Of a stretch of 64,000 nt of DNA, positions 1-9,882 are shown piece by piece. The stretch is from assembly GCA_003402705.1 (NCBI GenBank), contig QQNF01000008.1, positions 2,837 to 66,836 of the forward strand. Direction: 5' to 3'. The stretch's first letter is position 1. Every line of letters starts with the position of its first letter. This DNA is from Verrucomicrobiota bacterium. GTDB lineage: Bacteria; Verrucomicrobiota; Verrucomicrobiia; Verrucomicrobiales; V1-33. The notes below the pieces were generated by a model. That model was not told the origin of the DNA, did not search any database, and saw nothing but the letters and a program-made list of their open reading frames with translations. Position numbers and translations under genes: made by a program.

Positions 1-1
1 T

Positions 2-2113
2 CAGTTCAACGGGCAGCGTCCTGACATTATCAACGATCAGATTGATGTGGTGACCAAGGGTTTTCTGGGGCTGACGGTGAGTTGTGCACGTTGTCACGAT
101 CACTTTTTCGATCCTGTGACTCAGCGGGATTATTATGCGCTGGCCGGTGTATTTGCGTCGTGTTTCGAGCCGGAGACGAAGCCTGTGGCGGCGAGTCCGG
201 CGGATGCGGCGGCTGTTGTGGAGTATCAACAGAAGCGGCGGGAGACTGAGAAGGCCGGGCGCAACAAACTGATAGGGGAGATGGATCGCATGGCGTCGGT
301 CTTCAACCGGAATGCCGGGTTGTTTCTGGGGCTGGCGGGGACTGACCGTCGATCGCCTGAGTTTCTGAATGCGGTTCGTGCTGCGAAGATTGATGGGCGA
401 CTGGTGGCGGAGCTTTCGCAGGGTCTGCAACGCCGCACGCAGTTGCGGAAGAACCGGCGGGTCAGCCTTGATTTGAATCCGACGCTCGACCTCTGGGCCG
501 AGCTGACGGGGTTGCCGGCTGGTGCGTGGCCGGAGCGAGCGGCGGCGGTGGTGGCGCGGACGGTTGAGGATGCGACTGGGGTTGTTTCCAACCGTGCGGT
601 CCGCGAGGCGTTTCGCGGCAAGCGACCGGCTTCACTGGAAGAGGCGCGGGCGATTTATGAAGGGATTTTCCGGCAGGCGGATGCGTTGTATCAGACGGAA
701 TCGGCGGCATTCCGGAAGGACTATCCGGGGCGGGCGTTTCCCGGGGTGTCGGATGCTGCGCTGGAGGAAGTGCGCACGGCGGTGCTGGATCCGGGGATGT
801 TCCTTGAGCGGCCGCTGGATGCGGTGCCGCGGGGAGTGCCGCGGGAGGTGCAGGATCTGGCGGCGAGGATCACCGGGGACCTAGCCAAGTTTGATGTGAG
901 TCATCCCGGGGCGCCGGGGCGTGCGAATGTGCTTTATGATGACAGCCGCCCGGCGAATGCCCGCGTGTTGCTTCGTGGGCAGGTGCAGAGTCCCGGGCCG
1001 GAAGTGCCGCGGTCGTTTCTTGAGGTGCTCAGCCATGGAGCGGTCAAGCCGTTCACGAAGGGGAGTGGCCGGCTGGAGCTTGCCGAGGCGGTGGCGAGCG
1101 GGGACAATCCGCTGACGCCGAGGGTGATTGTGAACCGGGTCTGGCAGCATCATTTCGGGAGCGGGTTTGTAGCATCGCCTGACGACCTTGGGGTGCAGAG
1201 CGAGCCGCCATCGCATCCGGAGCTGCTGGATGCGCTAGCGGGTCAGTTCATCCGGGACGGATGGAGTCTGAAGAAGCTGCACCGCGAGATCCTGCTTTCG
1301 AAGACGTGGCAGCAGGCGAGTGAGCCGGATCCGGCGATGGCGCAGATGGATCCGTTCAACCGGCAACTCTGGCGGCAGAATGTGAGGAAGCTGGATTTTG
1401 AGGCACTGCGGGACAGCGTGCTGTCGATGGGTGGTCAGCTTGACCTGACGATGGGCGGGCATCCGGTGAACATCGAGAGCGAGCCCTACAGTCAGCGGCG
1501 GAGTGTGTATGGATTCATTGACCGCAATGAGATGGCGGAGTTTCTGCGGCATTTTGATGTGGCCAATCCATCGCTGCCGACGGGTCGGCGTCACGAAACG
1601 ATCGTGCCGCAGCAGGCGCTGTTCCGGATGAACAGCCTGCTAGTGATTGAGCAGGCGCGGAACATTGTGGATCGGGAGGAATTCCGTGCGGCGGACAGTG
1701 ACGAGGCGCGGGTGCGGGCGCTTTATGAGATCATCTATCAGCGCTGGCCGAAGCCTGCGGAACTCAGGATGGCGCTGGCTTTCATCACGGCGCTGCCTGC
1801 GGATGAGCGCATGAATGCGGCGGGCGGTGGCGATGCTGCGCCAGCGGTGGCGGGGAAGGAGGCTGCTCCGGCAACGCGAGCGGACGGCGTTCCGCTGACG
1901 AGGCAGCAGGTAGCGCAGCGGGTGAAGCAGCGGTTGCGGGAGGAGATCCGGGCGAAGGCGATGGCTGCGGCGCAGAACCGTCGGGGGACGGCAGGGATCA
2001 AGGAAGCGGTCCGTGATCCGTCTGCGGAGAAGGTTGACCGCAGCCCGCTCGACGCGTGGGAGAAGTTTGCACACGCGCTGCTGATGACGAACGAGATGGC
2101 GTACGTGAACTGA
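2..2113 (+). CDS. PSD1/planctomycete cytochrome c-type protein (DUF1549 C-part + DUF1553), 5'-truncated by window edge
   Basis: Frame is open from base 2. Motifs [28 protein letters not shown]...[40 protein letters not shown] and PQQALF are typical of DUF1549/DUF1553 proteins. Confidence 0.9.
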   Translation, partial: QFNGQRPDIINDQIDVVTKGFLGLTVSCARCHDHFFDPVTQRDYYALAGVFASCFEPETKPVAASPADAAAVVEYQQKRRETEKAGRNKLIGEMDRMASVFNRNAGLFLGLAGTDRRSPEFLNAVRAAKIDGRLVAELSQGLQRRTQLRKNRRVSLDLNPTLDLWAELTGLPAGAWPERAAAVVARTVEDATGVVSNRAVREAFRGKRPASLEEARAIYEGIFRQADALYQTESAAFRKDYPGRAFPGVSDAALEEVRTAVLDPGMFLERPLDAVPRGVPREVQDLAARITGDLAKFDVSHPGAPGRANVLYDDSRPANARVLLRGQVQSPGPEVPRSFLEVLSHGAVKPFTKGSGRLELAEAVASGDNPLTPRVIVNRVWQHHFGSGFVASPDDLGVQSEPPSHPELLDALAGQFIRDGWSLKKLHREILLSKTWQQASEPDPAMAQMDPFNRQLWRQNVRKLDFEALRDSVLSMGGQLDLTMGGHPVNIESEPYSQRRSVYGFIDRNEMAEFLRHFDVANPSLPTGRRHETIVPQQALFRMNSLLVIEQARNIVDREEFRAADSDEARVRALYEIIYQRWPKPAELRMALAFITALPADERMNAAGGGDAAPAVAGKEAAPATRADGVPLTRQQVAQRVKQRLREEIRAKAMAAAQNRRGTAGIKEAVRDPSAEKVDRSPLDAWEKFAHALLMTNEMAYVN

Positions 2114-2207
2114 GAGAGGGAGTGAGTGTCCGGGAAGCGGCGGGTGGTGGGTGCGGTCCGTGCTGTTGCGCGGTGGCATGGGAGCGTGCTTGGGTTTGGT
2201 AGAGGGT

Positions 2208-3452
2208 ATGCTGAGGCACTTCCGATCCAAGCGCCGCTTCCTTGACGAGAGTCCTGAGGAAGTGGCGGCTTCGTTGCGGCATCTTCCCGGGTTTGTGTGG
2301 CTGGATACAGCGGGGCGCTGTCCTGAGCCTGACCGAGAAGGCGCGGTGAGCATCATGGCGGCGTGTCCAACACTGGTGCTGCGGGGACACATCCGGGATG
2401 TGTCGATGCTGGAGGAGCAGATGGCGGATGGGGAGAGCGCTGCGGCTGCGGGGGAGAGGGCTGGGGTGCCGTGTGGGTGGTTCGGGTGGGTAGATTACGA
2501 GGGAGGGTGGGAATTCGGGTGGTACGAGCAGGTGCTGGTTTACCGGCATGCGACTGGGGAGTGGCTGGAGTGCGGGGATCTGCTTTCGCTGCGGCGTGAC
2601 GGGGTGCGTGGCGAGGTTCCGCGACTGGTATGGGAGCCGGGGATAGGCGAAGCGGATTACTGCCGCATGGTGAGCCGGGCGCAGGAGTACATCGGGGCCG
2701 GGGATATTTATCAGGTCAATCTGGCACACCGATTGAGCGCGGCGTGGCCGGCGAGTGCGGATCCGTTTGCGCTGTATCTGAAGCTCAGGGAAGTGAGTCC
2801 GGCGCCCTGCGCTGCGTACATGGCGGGCGGGGGGCGAACGGTGCTTTCGTCATCGCCTGAGTCCTTTCTGCGCATGAGTGGCCGCGGTATCAGGACGCGT
2901 CCGATCAAGGGAACCCGGCCGCGTTTTGCGGATCCTGTGAGGGATGAGCGTTCCCGTGGCGAGCTGCTGACCAGTCCGAAGGAACGGGCGGAGCTGGTGA
3001 TGATCACCGATCTGCTGCGCAACGATCTTGGGATGGTCTGCGAGTATGGGAGTGTCAGGGTGACAGGGTTGCTGCAGCCGGAGGCGTACGAGCAGGTGCA
3101 CCACCTTGTATCGACGGTGGAGGGCACGCTCAGGGGGGATGTGTCGCATGCGGCGGCGTTGAAGGCGTGTTTTCCCGGTGGGTCGATCACCGGAGCGCCG
3201 AAGAAGAGGGCTGTGGAGATCATCCGCGAGCTGGAGCCTGTTCCACGGGGATTATACACTGGAGCGATCGGCTATCTTGGGGCGAATGGCGAGAGCCATT
3301 TCAGCATCGCGATCCGGACGATGGTGCTGGAACGGAGTGTTATCAGTTGCCATGCAGGGGCTGGGATTGTGGCGGATTCATTGCCGGCAGCGGAGTGGGA
3401 GGAAACGCTGCAGAAGGCGTCGGGCATGCTGGCGGCGGGGCGATCGCGGTGA
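2208..3452 (+). CDS. pabB: Aminodeoxychorismate synthase component I / anthranilate synthase component I family (chorismate-binding)
   Basis: GDIYQVNL, SSPESFL, TRPIKGTRPR, KERAELVMITDLLRNDLG, FPGGSITGAPK and IAIRT motifs. Start placed at ATG 2208 after GAGGG; the ORF track start at 2151 is probably too long. Confidence 0.75.
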   Translation: MLRHFRSKRRFLDESPEEVAASLRHLPGFVWLDTAGRCPEPDREGAVSIMAACPTLVLRGHIRDVSMLEEQMADGESAAAAGERAGVPCGWFGWVDYEGGWEFGWYEQVLVYRHATGEWLECGDLLSLRRDGVRGEVPRLVWEPGIGEADYCRMVSRAQEYIGAGDIYQVNLAHRLSAAWPASADPFALYLKLREVSPAPCAAYMAGGGRTVLSSSPESFLRMSGRGIRTRPIKGTRPRFADPVRDERSRGELLTSPKERAELVMITDLLRNDLGMVCEYGSVRVTGLLQPEAYEQVHHLVSTVEGTLRGDVSHAAALKACFPGGSITGAPKKRAVEIIRELEPVPRGLYTGAIGYLGANGESHFSIAIRTMVLERSVISCHAGAGIVADSLPAAEWEETLQKASGMLAAGRSR

Positions 3453-3506
3453 GTGCCGGGGCGAGCGGGGGCGGATCGGAAGAATCCGCCCCGCGGCCGG
3501 GTGGGA

Positions 3507-6500
3507 TCACTGGAGCGAGGCGCGGACCCTGACGTAGAGTCTGGATCCGGCGGTCACTGGAGCCGGGGCACGCCATGTGGTGGTGACGCGACCGCCTGCT
3601 TCGGGGGATTCGCCGACGGGGATCATTCCGCCGTTCCATGCGGCGAGGTCGGTGCTTTGGACTGGCTCGAGGAGCACGTCTTCGGCGGCGGCGTGTGTCA
3701 GGCTGACTCTGAGGAATCCATCGGGGGCGATTTCGGCGGACAGTGAGACGCTTCCTGGGACGCGGGGGTCGTTGCCGGTGGCGTATTCGAGGAGTGCGCT
3801 GATGCCGTCGCCGTCGATGTCGTCATCTGGATCGCTGACTCCAGAGGAGGCGGCCCAGACGAGCCATGCGGTGGTTCCGGGATTGCCGCCGGGGAGGCTG
3901 CCGGACCGCCAGTTGGATGGGATGGCGTGATTGGGATTGGTCATCGGGGAGGCGAGTACGAGGGAGGGGCCGGTACCGTCGGCGGCATCCGGCCATGGTG
4001 GATTGTCGTCGTAGACGAAGTCCCTGATCACGGTGCCGCCGCCGGCATTGAGGATGAGTTGCTCGCCTTGGTTCGAGAGTGCGCCGCTGTAGGTTCCGAG
4101 GATCCGTGTGGCGGGGAAGGACGAACCGTAACGGGCGGCGAATGCGGCGGGATGGCGCACGAAGACCGCGCGTTCGCCGGGTTGGAGGATGAGATTGCCG
4201 AGGGGCGAAGTGGTGATGCCGCCGGTGAAGCGGACGCCTGTGAGATCCACGGCGGTGGATGGAAGGATGTTCGTGACTTCGATGAATTCGAAGTCGTCGG
4301 GATCCGCGGATGCTGCGATTTCGCCGGGAGAGACGGGGGCGAGCGGGTTGTAGTGCATTTCGCTGATGACGAGATTGGCGGAGGAGGCTGCTTCTGTGGC
4401 GACGCTGAAGAAGGCCTCGGTAGCGGCGCTCCATGAGCCGTTGGAGTAGACCCTGGCGCGGATGGTGCCTGGCTGCTGGAGTGTGAGCGGGCCGGTGTAG
4501 AGCATTGCGGTGTCGCCGGTGAAGGATGCGGCGTCGGCTCCGACGAGTTCTGCGTCGCAGAGCAGGTCATTGTCGGCGGCGGTGGCGTTGAGGGCGTGGA
4601 TGGCGAGAACGTTGGTTCCGGTGCGCAGGCTGGAGCGTAAGTTACTGGCATCGATCCTTTCCTGAACGATGGCGAGAGCATCCGAGCGGACGGCGGTCGC
4701 GGTTGAAGCGCCGTTCGGGATGGCTGGGGCGTTGCGCTCGGCGATTCTGGTGCCGTTCAGGTAGGCGACGAAGCCGTCGTCGTAGCGGACGTTGAGCTGC
4801 AGCAGTGCAGTCCGGGCGCGGTCGGCTTCCGACAGAGTGAAGGTCCGGCGGGTCAGGAGGGAAGGGGAGACGGAGCGCATGGATTCGGTGCTGGTGCCGA
4901 TGAACGGAGTGAAGGACACGGCTGGGTCTGTATCGTAGCCGAGGCCGCCTGGTCCTGACAGCCATGTGGCGGCTGCGGGGAATTCGGGTTCTTTCCAGTC
5001 GGCGATGGTGACGCTGGGTTGCGTGCCGTTGTAGAGGGCGCGGACTTCAGTGGGAGTGAGGCCGCGGTTGTAGAGATAGACCTCGTCGATCTGGCCTGAG
5101 AAGGCGCGTTCGGTGGAGCCACCGCGCGAGCCGATGGACCATGCGTTATTGGCTTCGAGAACACCGGCGACTGGGAGGGCTCCTTTTGGGGTGACGAGGC
5201 TAGCGACTTCCTCGCCATTGCGGTAGAGCCTCCATGCGGTGCCGTCGTAGACGCCGCAGACGTGCTGCCATGTGCTGAGGGTTGCGGAGGCGGGTGCGGA
5301 GACGAAGTAGCTGCTGCTGTCGGCGGTGCCGGCTTCGATGGCACCGGCGTTGATGCGGAGGGAGACTTCACCGGCTGGGCTGGTGCTGTAGCCTTTGCTG
5401 ATGATGCTCCGTATGTTAGTGTTGGCGGTCGGGCGGATCCATGCGGACATGGTGATCTGGCCGGTAATTTTGAGGGCGTCTGGATTGCCGAGGCCGATGT
5501 ACTGGGAGCTGCCGTTGAGGAAGAGCGACTGACCGTTGATGCCTGTGGAGTAGACAGGTGCGCCGACGGGAGTGCCGTTGGTGGTTCCGGCGCTGTCGTC
5601 GGGGGTGCCTTCGAAGCGCCAGCGGCCGACGAGACCGTTGGATGTTGGGGCTGGGGCGGGACCGATGGTGAAGCCGTCATTGGCACTGGTGGCGATGCGC
5701 CATGAGACCGGAGCGGTGCGGGTCTGGAAGGTGAAGGGGGTGGGCCGGGTTTCGAGGATGCGTCGGGGATCGGAGCCGTCGGTGGTGTAGAACACCTGGG
5801 CGCCTGGTGGGAAGGTCATACTGAGCTGGAAACCGCCGGGGACCTGACCTCCGTGTCTGGAGAAATCCGGGGCGGCGGTGGCTGGCCAGAGTCCGTCGGC
5901 GGTGAACTGGGTGAGCACGACGGGCGGGCGGGAGTCGAAGAAGTTATCGCGGATGAAGTTGATGCGGGTATTCCATGCGGATTCTCCTGCGGAGGTGGTG
6001 CTATAGCGAGCGGCGTAGACGCGGATGGCGCGGTTGATGTTGGCGGCCTTGTCGAGCCAGCGCTGTTTGGCGACGGCGGCGGTCAGGGCGCCATTGTTGA
6101 AGAAGTGTCTGCGCACGCGGTCGGCGAAGCGCAGGCGGTATTCCGGATTGAGAGCGAGGCTGTCGTGCACCCACTGGGGGTTGCCCCAGTCTGGCAGAGT
6201 GCTGTTGGACTGGGTGAGGAATGGTCCGGTGCGGTCGACGCCCCAGCTTGGTGCGAGGAGAGTGTGTTCACCGTCCTGGAGGTAGAAGGTGAAGCCGCGA
6301 TCGCCATTGCGGTCGCGCATCGAGTGCCAGTTGTTGGGTTTGTTATTGGAGAGGAAGCTTGAGAGGACGGCGTCGCCATCGCCGGTGTAGAAGATGACCA
6401 TCATGTAGTCGATGAGGTCGTTGATGTCGACGAGGACGGGGAAGGCGGGGTTGCGGGAGCCGTCGGGATTCCGGCCTAGCATACGGAAGTAGCTGGCGTT

Positions 6501-9500
6501 GGTCGGGGCGGTGCGGTGAGCGACGGAGCGGTCCCAGAGGTCGCGCCATGCGGCTTTGGTGCCGTCCGGATTGGTATTGAGATAGCCATCGGTGGCTTCG
6601 GTTTTGAAGTCGAGAGTATAGCGGTCGCCGCATTTGATGACGTCGAAGTTGTCCTTGTTGCCGCCGAGGTAGGATTCGCCGAAGGAGTTCTCGGCGCGTT
6701 CGTGGATGTCGTAGATGCCCCAGTAGAGACCGTTGAGGAAGAGGTGGCAGTAGCGGGTGCGGGTGCTGGGTTGGCCCATGGCGGCGAGGGTCATGCGGCA
6801 GAACGGGTCGCGCACCATGGTTTCATTGACGTCGGAGGGGTTCTGACTCCACGAGTAGTTCTGGCTGCCGCGGAGGTCGAAGGTGTCGAACTCGGCGGCT
6901 CCGTCGGGGCCGTAGAGGCGGTAGTTGAGCTTGCCGTCGCCGTATTCGTTCCGGAAGAAGACGCGGAAGCTGTGTTTGGTGCTGGAGTCTCCGCGGCTGG
7001 CGCCGCCGCGGATGCGGAGACCGCAGCCGCTTCTGAACTGGCCGTGACCGTCGGCGGGGGTTGCGCCGGGTTTTGCGAGGTCGAGCATTTCGATGCTGCC
7101 TGGCCGTTCCCATGCCTGGCCGCGCTCGACTCCGTTGACGTAGATTCCGGTGAGCGGGTCGGTTAGGTTGTTCTGCTGGGTGACGACGGAGATGATGGGG
7201 ATCTGTGCGAGCGCTTCGCGTATCTGTGCGGCGGTGTAGGTTGCTTTGACGCCGTTGTCGAAGCCCCAGATGAAGGCCTGGCCGCCGTTGGTGGCGGCAT
7301 TGGTGGGCCAGCCGGGGGGGATATTGGAGGCGAGGCCGGAGACGGTTCCCGCGGTTGAGAGGGAAACGCGCGGCGGTCCTGTCACATTAGCGGTGAAGAT
7401 GTAAGTGTGGGTGTCGATGTTGGTTGGTTTCCAGTTGGCGAGGTAGGCGCGGGCTCTGATGACGCGGGCACCGCTGGTGGAGGTGTTTGTGGCGCTGCTG
7501 ATGGTGATTGGTCCCGTGTAGAGCGTGCCGGTCTGGGGAGTTGGATCGCTAGTGTTGGTGGTGTAGTAGATCTGGGCTCCGGGTGTTGCAGAGCTGATGG
7601 CGAGCTGGAAGGGAGTGTCGTAGAAGCCGCGTTTATGACTGAAGGTGGTGTCAGCGACCTCGCCGATGTACCATGGGCTTTCGTTGGGTGCGCCCGGGGT
7701 GGCGTTACTGAGGAAGACGTTGGGTGTGGTGTTGACGTAGGTGGCGGTCAGTTCCGGCTGGAGAAGGAAATTGTCATCGGCGGCGGACGAGTTGAGGCCG
7801 TGGATGGCGAGCACGTTAGGTGCGGCGGTGTTGAGGAGGGGCAGGGCGGCGGCGAAGTCGATGGTTTCGGCGAGGTAGCCTTCGTTGAATGGCCGGTTGG
7901 TGGTGGCGGTGCTGGAGGGGCCGGGATTGGCTGGGGTGTTGCGCTCGGCGATTTTAGTACCATTGAGCCATGCGGTGAAGCCGTCGTCGTAGCGGAGCCG
8001 GAGTTTCAGGGAGTTGAAGACGGCAGCATTGGATGTGGAGAAGGGAATCCGCCAGTAAGCGGTGGAGGATTTGCCGAGCATGGCGCTCTGCAGGTCGGTG
8101 CGGATGTACGGGCGGTAGCCGTTCAGTTCTGTGCCGCGGACCTGGACTTCTGCCATGGAGAGGACCCGAGCGTCGTCAGTGGCTGCGGCGTCGGGGGTGC
8201 GGCGGATCCTGACAAATTGGCCGAAGATCGGATTGCCGCTGTTGGCGGCTGCGGTGTCGTATGTGAGTTCGGCGGGGCCGCTGAGTGCGTTGTCGGGATT
8301 CAGAACCGGGGAGGTGTGCAGGATGGTGGTGCCATTGGTGTCGAGGATCTGGACGGTGATGTTGCGCAAGCGTTCCGGGCAGCAGCCCTCCCGGTTGCGG
8401 ATATTCACTGACGAAATGGCGGCCCGGCGGTTGAGATTGAGGGTCCACGCCGGAGCGTTGTCTGTGGTGACGGTGTGAGTGAAATCTGCGTTGTTGCCGT
8501 TGATGCCAAGCGAGGCGGCATAGGTGCTCAGGGTGGTAGTCTGGGTGGCGACCGGGGCCGGGCTGCCGGTCCGGGCGAGGTTCACGAGGGCGCCGGGGGC
8601 TGTTCCGATGACTTCCACTTCGCCCATGGCGAGGGCATTCTGTTCGTTGGTGTCTCCCTGGCCTCCTGTTCCGGAGAGATCCGGGTCCGTTTTCCGTGAT
8701 ATGCGCACATGGCGGCCTGAAACAGCCCCGCCGGTGAGGGCAACGAGGTCTACGGAGAGAGAGGCTGGGCCTGCCGGGTAGACAAACCCTGTGTTTTCGG
8801 GATTGAGGAGTGCCGAGGTGAAGACTGGGTTGAGGGCGTCGTCGAGTACCTCGATGGTGATGTCGCGCAGGCGGCTGCCGCAGCAGTTGTCGCCGCGGTT
8901 CCGGACGGTGATGGAGCTGACGACAGCGCCGCTGCCGAGGTCGACGTTCCAGAATGGGGCGGCGTCGGCGGTGGCGGTGTGGGAGAAGTTATTGAGGAGC
9001 CCATCGTTGGCGAGGTTTGCATTCGAGGTTGCCTGTGTGGTGCTCTGGACGGCGATGCCTGAACGAGCGAGATTGGCTGGTGGCGGGGCCGGGGCGGTGG
9101 TGTCGAAGCCGATGCCTGGCGGGAAAGAGGTAGGATTCCATGCTGCGTCCGGGCTGAATCCCGGATCGGTCCAGCCTAGCGCCGGTCCCTGTCCGGAGAC
9201 CGGGACATAGACGCGTCCGGCGCTGGTGTTGAGGAGCGGCTGACTAACGACGTCCTGAGCCGCTCCGAAGCTGATGTCTTCGGGCTGTGGCGGGTAGGGG
9301 TTCCATTCGCTCGGGCGAACACTCCCGTCCGGCCGCACGATGGCAAGGTATCCACCGTTGGATTCGAGCGCGAAATTGGTATGGAGCTGCTTGGATGGGT
9401 CGCGGCGGTTCTTGCCGGAGGCAAACACCACGAGCCGTCCGCCGCCTGGCAGGAAGATTGCAGGGAAGCGCCACTTGCCGGGAACCAGAGGGTCGTCGGT

Positions 9501-9707
9501 GAGGCTCCAATTTTCGAGATTCAGGGGCAGGGCGCCGGGGTTCTCGACCTCGATCCAGTCGGCGAACTGTGCGTCGACGTCGGACAGTTCGGTGACGTTG
9601 TCTGCCATGAATTCGCTGATGACGGCGTCCTGGGCGGACAGCGGTCCGGCAGTCAGGCTGAGGGCCGCTGCAAAGCGCAGCAGCAGGGGCATCGGGGTAG
9701 TGCGCAT
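3507..9707 (-). CDS. Large secreted multidomain protein: lamin-tail domain, 2 F-type lectin (fucolectin) domains, Fn3-associated, CotH-type kinase, LamG, lamin-tail domain
   Basis: Signal peptide then VISEFMADN..DWIEVEN (LTD); HT..W.VDLG..RNRGDNCCGSRL and RNREGCCPERL (F-lectin); IYYTTNTSDP and FYTTDGSDP (Fn3-assoc); GLRIRGGASR..KHSFRVFFR, LNGLYWGIY, NNW (CotH); TMSAWIRP..WQHVCGVYDG..FSGQIDEV (LamG); LVISEMHYNP..EFIEV (LTD). Start at 9707 or 9692. Confidence 0.85.
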   Translation of the reverse strand: MRTTPMPLLLRFAAALSLTAGPLSAQDAVISEFMADNVTELSDVDAQFADWIEVENPGALPLNLENWSLTDDPLVPGKWRFPAIFLPGGGRLVVFASGKNRRDPSKQLHTNFALESNGGYLAIVRPDGSVRPSEWNPYPPQPEDISFGAAQDVVSQPLLNTSAGRVYVPVSGQGPALGWTDPGFSPDAAWNPTSFPPGIGFDTTAPAPPPANLARSGIAVQSTTQATSNANLANDGLLNNFSHTATADAAPFWNVDLGSGAVVSSITVRNRGDNCCGSRLRDITIEVLDDALNPVFTSALLNPENTGFVYPAGPASLSVDLVALTGGAVSGRHVRISRKTDPDLSGTGGQGDTNEQNALAMGEVEVIGTAPGALVNLARTGSPAPVATQTTTLSTYAASLGINGNNADFTHTVTTDNAPAWTLNLNRRAAISSVNIRNREGCCPERLRNITVQILDTNGTTILHTSPVLNPDNALSGPAELTYDTAAANSGNPIFGQFVRIRRTPDAAATDDARVLSMAEVQVRGTELNGYRPYIRTDLQSAMLGKSSTAYWRIPFSTSNAAVFNSLKLRLRYDDGFTAWLNGTKIAERNTPANPGPSSTATTNRPFNEGYLAETIDFAAALPLLNTAAPNVLAIHGLNSSAADDNFLLQPELTATYVNTTPNVFLSNATPGAPNESPWYIGEVADTTFSHKRGFYDTPFQLAISSATPGAQIYYTTNTSDPTPQTGTLYTGPITISSATNTSTSGARVIRARAYLANWKPTNIDTHTYIFTANVTGPPRVSLSTAGTVSGLASNIPPGWPTNAATNGGQAFIWGFDNGVKATYTAAQIREALAQIPIISVVTQQNNLTDPLTGIYVNGVERGQAWERPGSIEMLDLAKPGATPADGHGQFRSGCGLRIRGGASRGDSSTKHSFRVFFRNEYGDGKLNYRLYGPDGAAEFDTFDLRGSQNYSWSQNPSDVNETMVRDPFCRMTLAAMGQPSTRTRYCHLFLNGLYWGIYDIHERAENSFGESYLGGNKDNFDVIKCGDRYTLDFKTEATDGYLNTNPDGTKAAWRDLWDRSVAHRTAPTNASYFRMLGRNPDGSRNPAFPVLVDINDLIDYMMVIFYTGDGDAVLSSFLSNNKPNNWHSMRDRNGDRGFTFYLQDGEHTLLAPSWGVDRTGPFLTQSNSTLPDWGNPQWVHDSLALNPEYRLRFADRVRRHFFNNGALTAAVAKQRWLDKAANINRAIRVYAARYSTTSAGESAWNTRINFIRDNFFDSRPPVVLTQFTADGLWPATAAPDFSRHGGQVPGGFQLSMTFPPGAQVFYTTDGSDPRRILETRPTPFTFQTRTAPVSWRIATSANDGFTIGPAPAPTSNGLVGRWRFEGTPDDSAGTTNGTPVGAPVYSTGINGQSLFLNGSSQYIGLGNPDALKITGQITMSAWIRPTANTNIRSIISKGYSTSPAGEVSLRINAGAIEAGTADSSSYFVSAPASATLSTWQHVCGVYDGTAWRLYRNGEEVASLVTPKGALPVAGVLEANNAWSIGSRGGSTERAFSGQIDEVYLYNRGLTPTEVRALYNGTQPSVTIADWKEPEFPAAATWLSGPGGLGYDTDPAVSFTPFIGTSTESMRSVSPSLLTRRTFTLSEADRARTALLQLNVRYDDGFVAYLNGTRIAERNAPAIPNGASTATAVRSDALAIVQERIDASNLRSSLRTGTNVLAIHALNATAADNDLLCDAELVGADAASFTGDTAMLYTGPLTLQQPGTIRARVYSNGSWSAATEAFFSVATEAASSANLVISEMHYNPLAPVSPGEIAASADPDDFEFIEVTNILPSTAVDLTGVRFTGGITTSPLGNLILQPGERAVFVRHPAAFAARYGSSFPATRILGTYSGALSNQGEQLILNAGGGTVIRDFVYDDNPPWPDAADGTGPSLVLASPMTNPNHAIPSNWRSGSLPGGNPGTTAWLVWAASSGVSDPDDDIDGDGISALLEYATGNDPRVPGSVSLSAEIAPDGFLRVSLTHAAAEDVLLEPVQSTDLAAWNGGMIPVGESPEAGGRVTTTWRAPAPVTAGSRLYVRVRASLQ

Positions 9708-9882
9708 GGCGTGAGAGGTCGTGTTGGAAAAGGGGGCGTTCCGATGGTGGACATCTGGTCCCCGAAACGCAATGAAAATGGGGACCCGGAGGGGTGCTTT
9801 CCTTGTTTGCATCAGCGCCCTTGCCGCATCATGGATTGATGGCGCGTCCCCTGGACTCGTTCACACCCCAATTTCACCTTCC

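Noticed and set aside
9708-9882. Overlapping N-terminal extensions of ffh (9721) and the CotH protein (9812)
   Set aside because: Ffh homology starts at 9883 and the signal peptide of the opposite gene starts at 9707/9692, so the region is a divergent promoter spacer.
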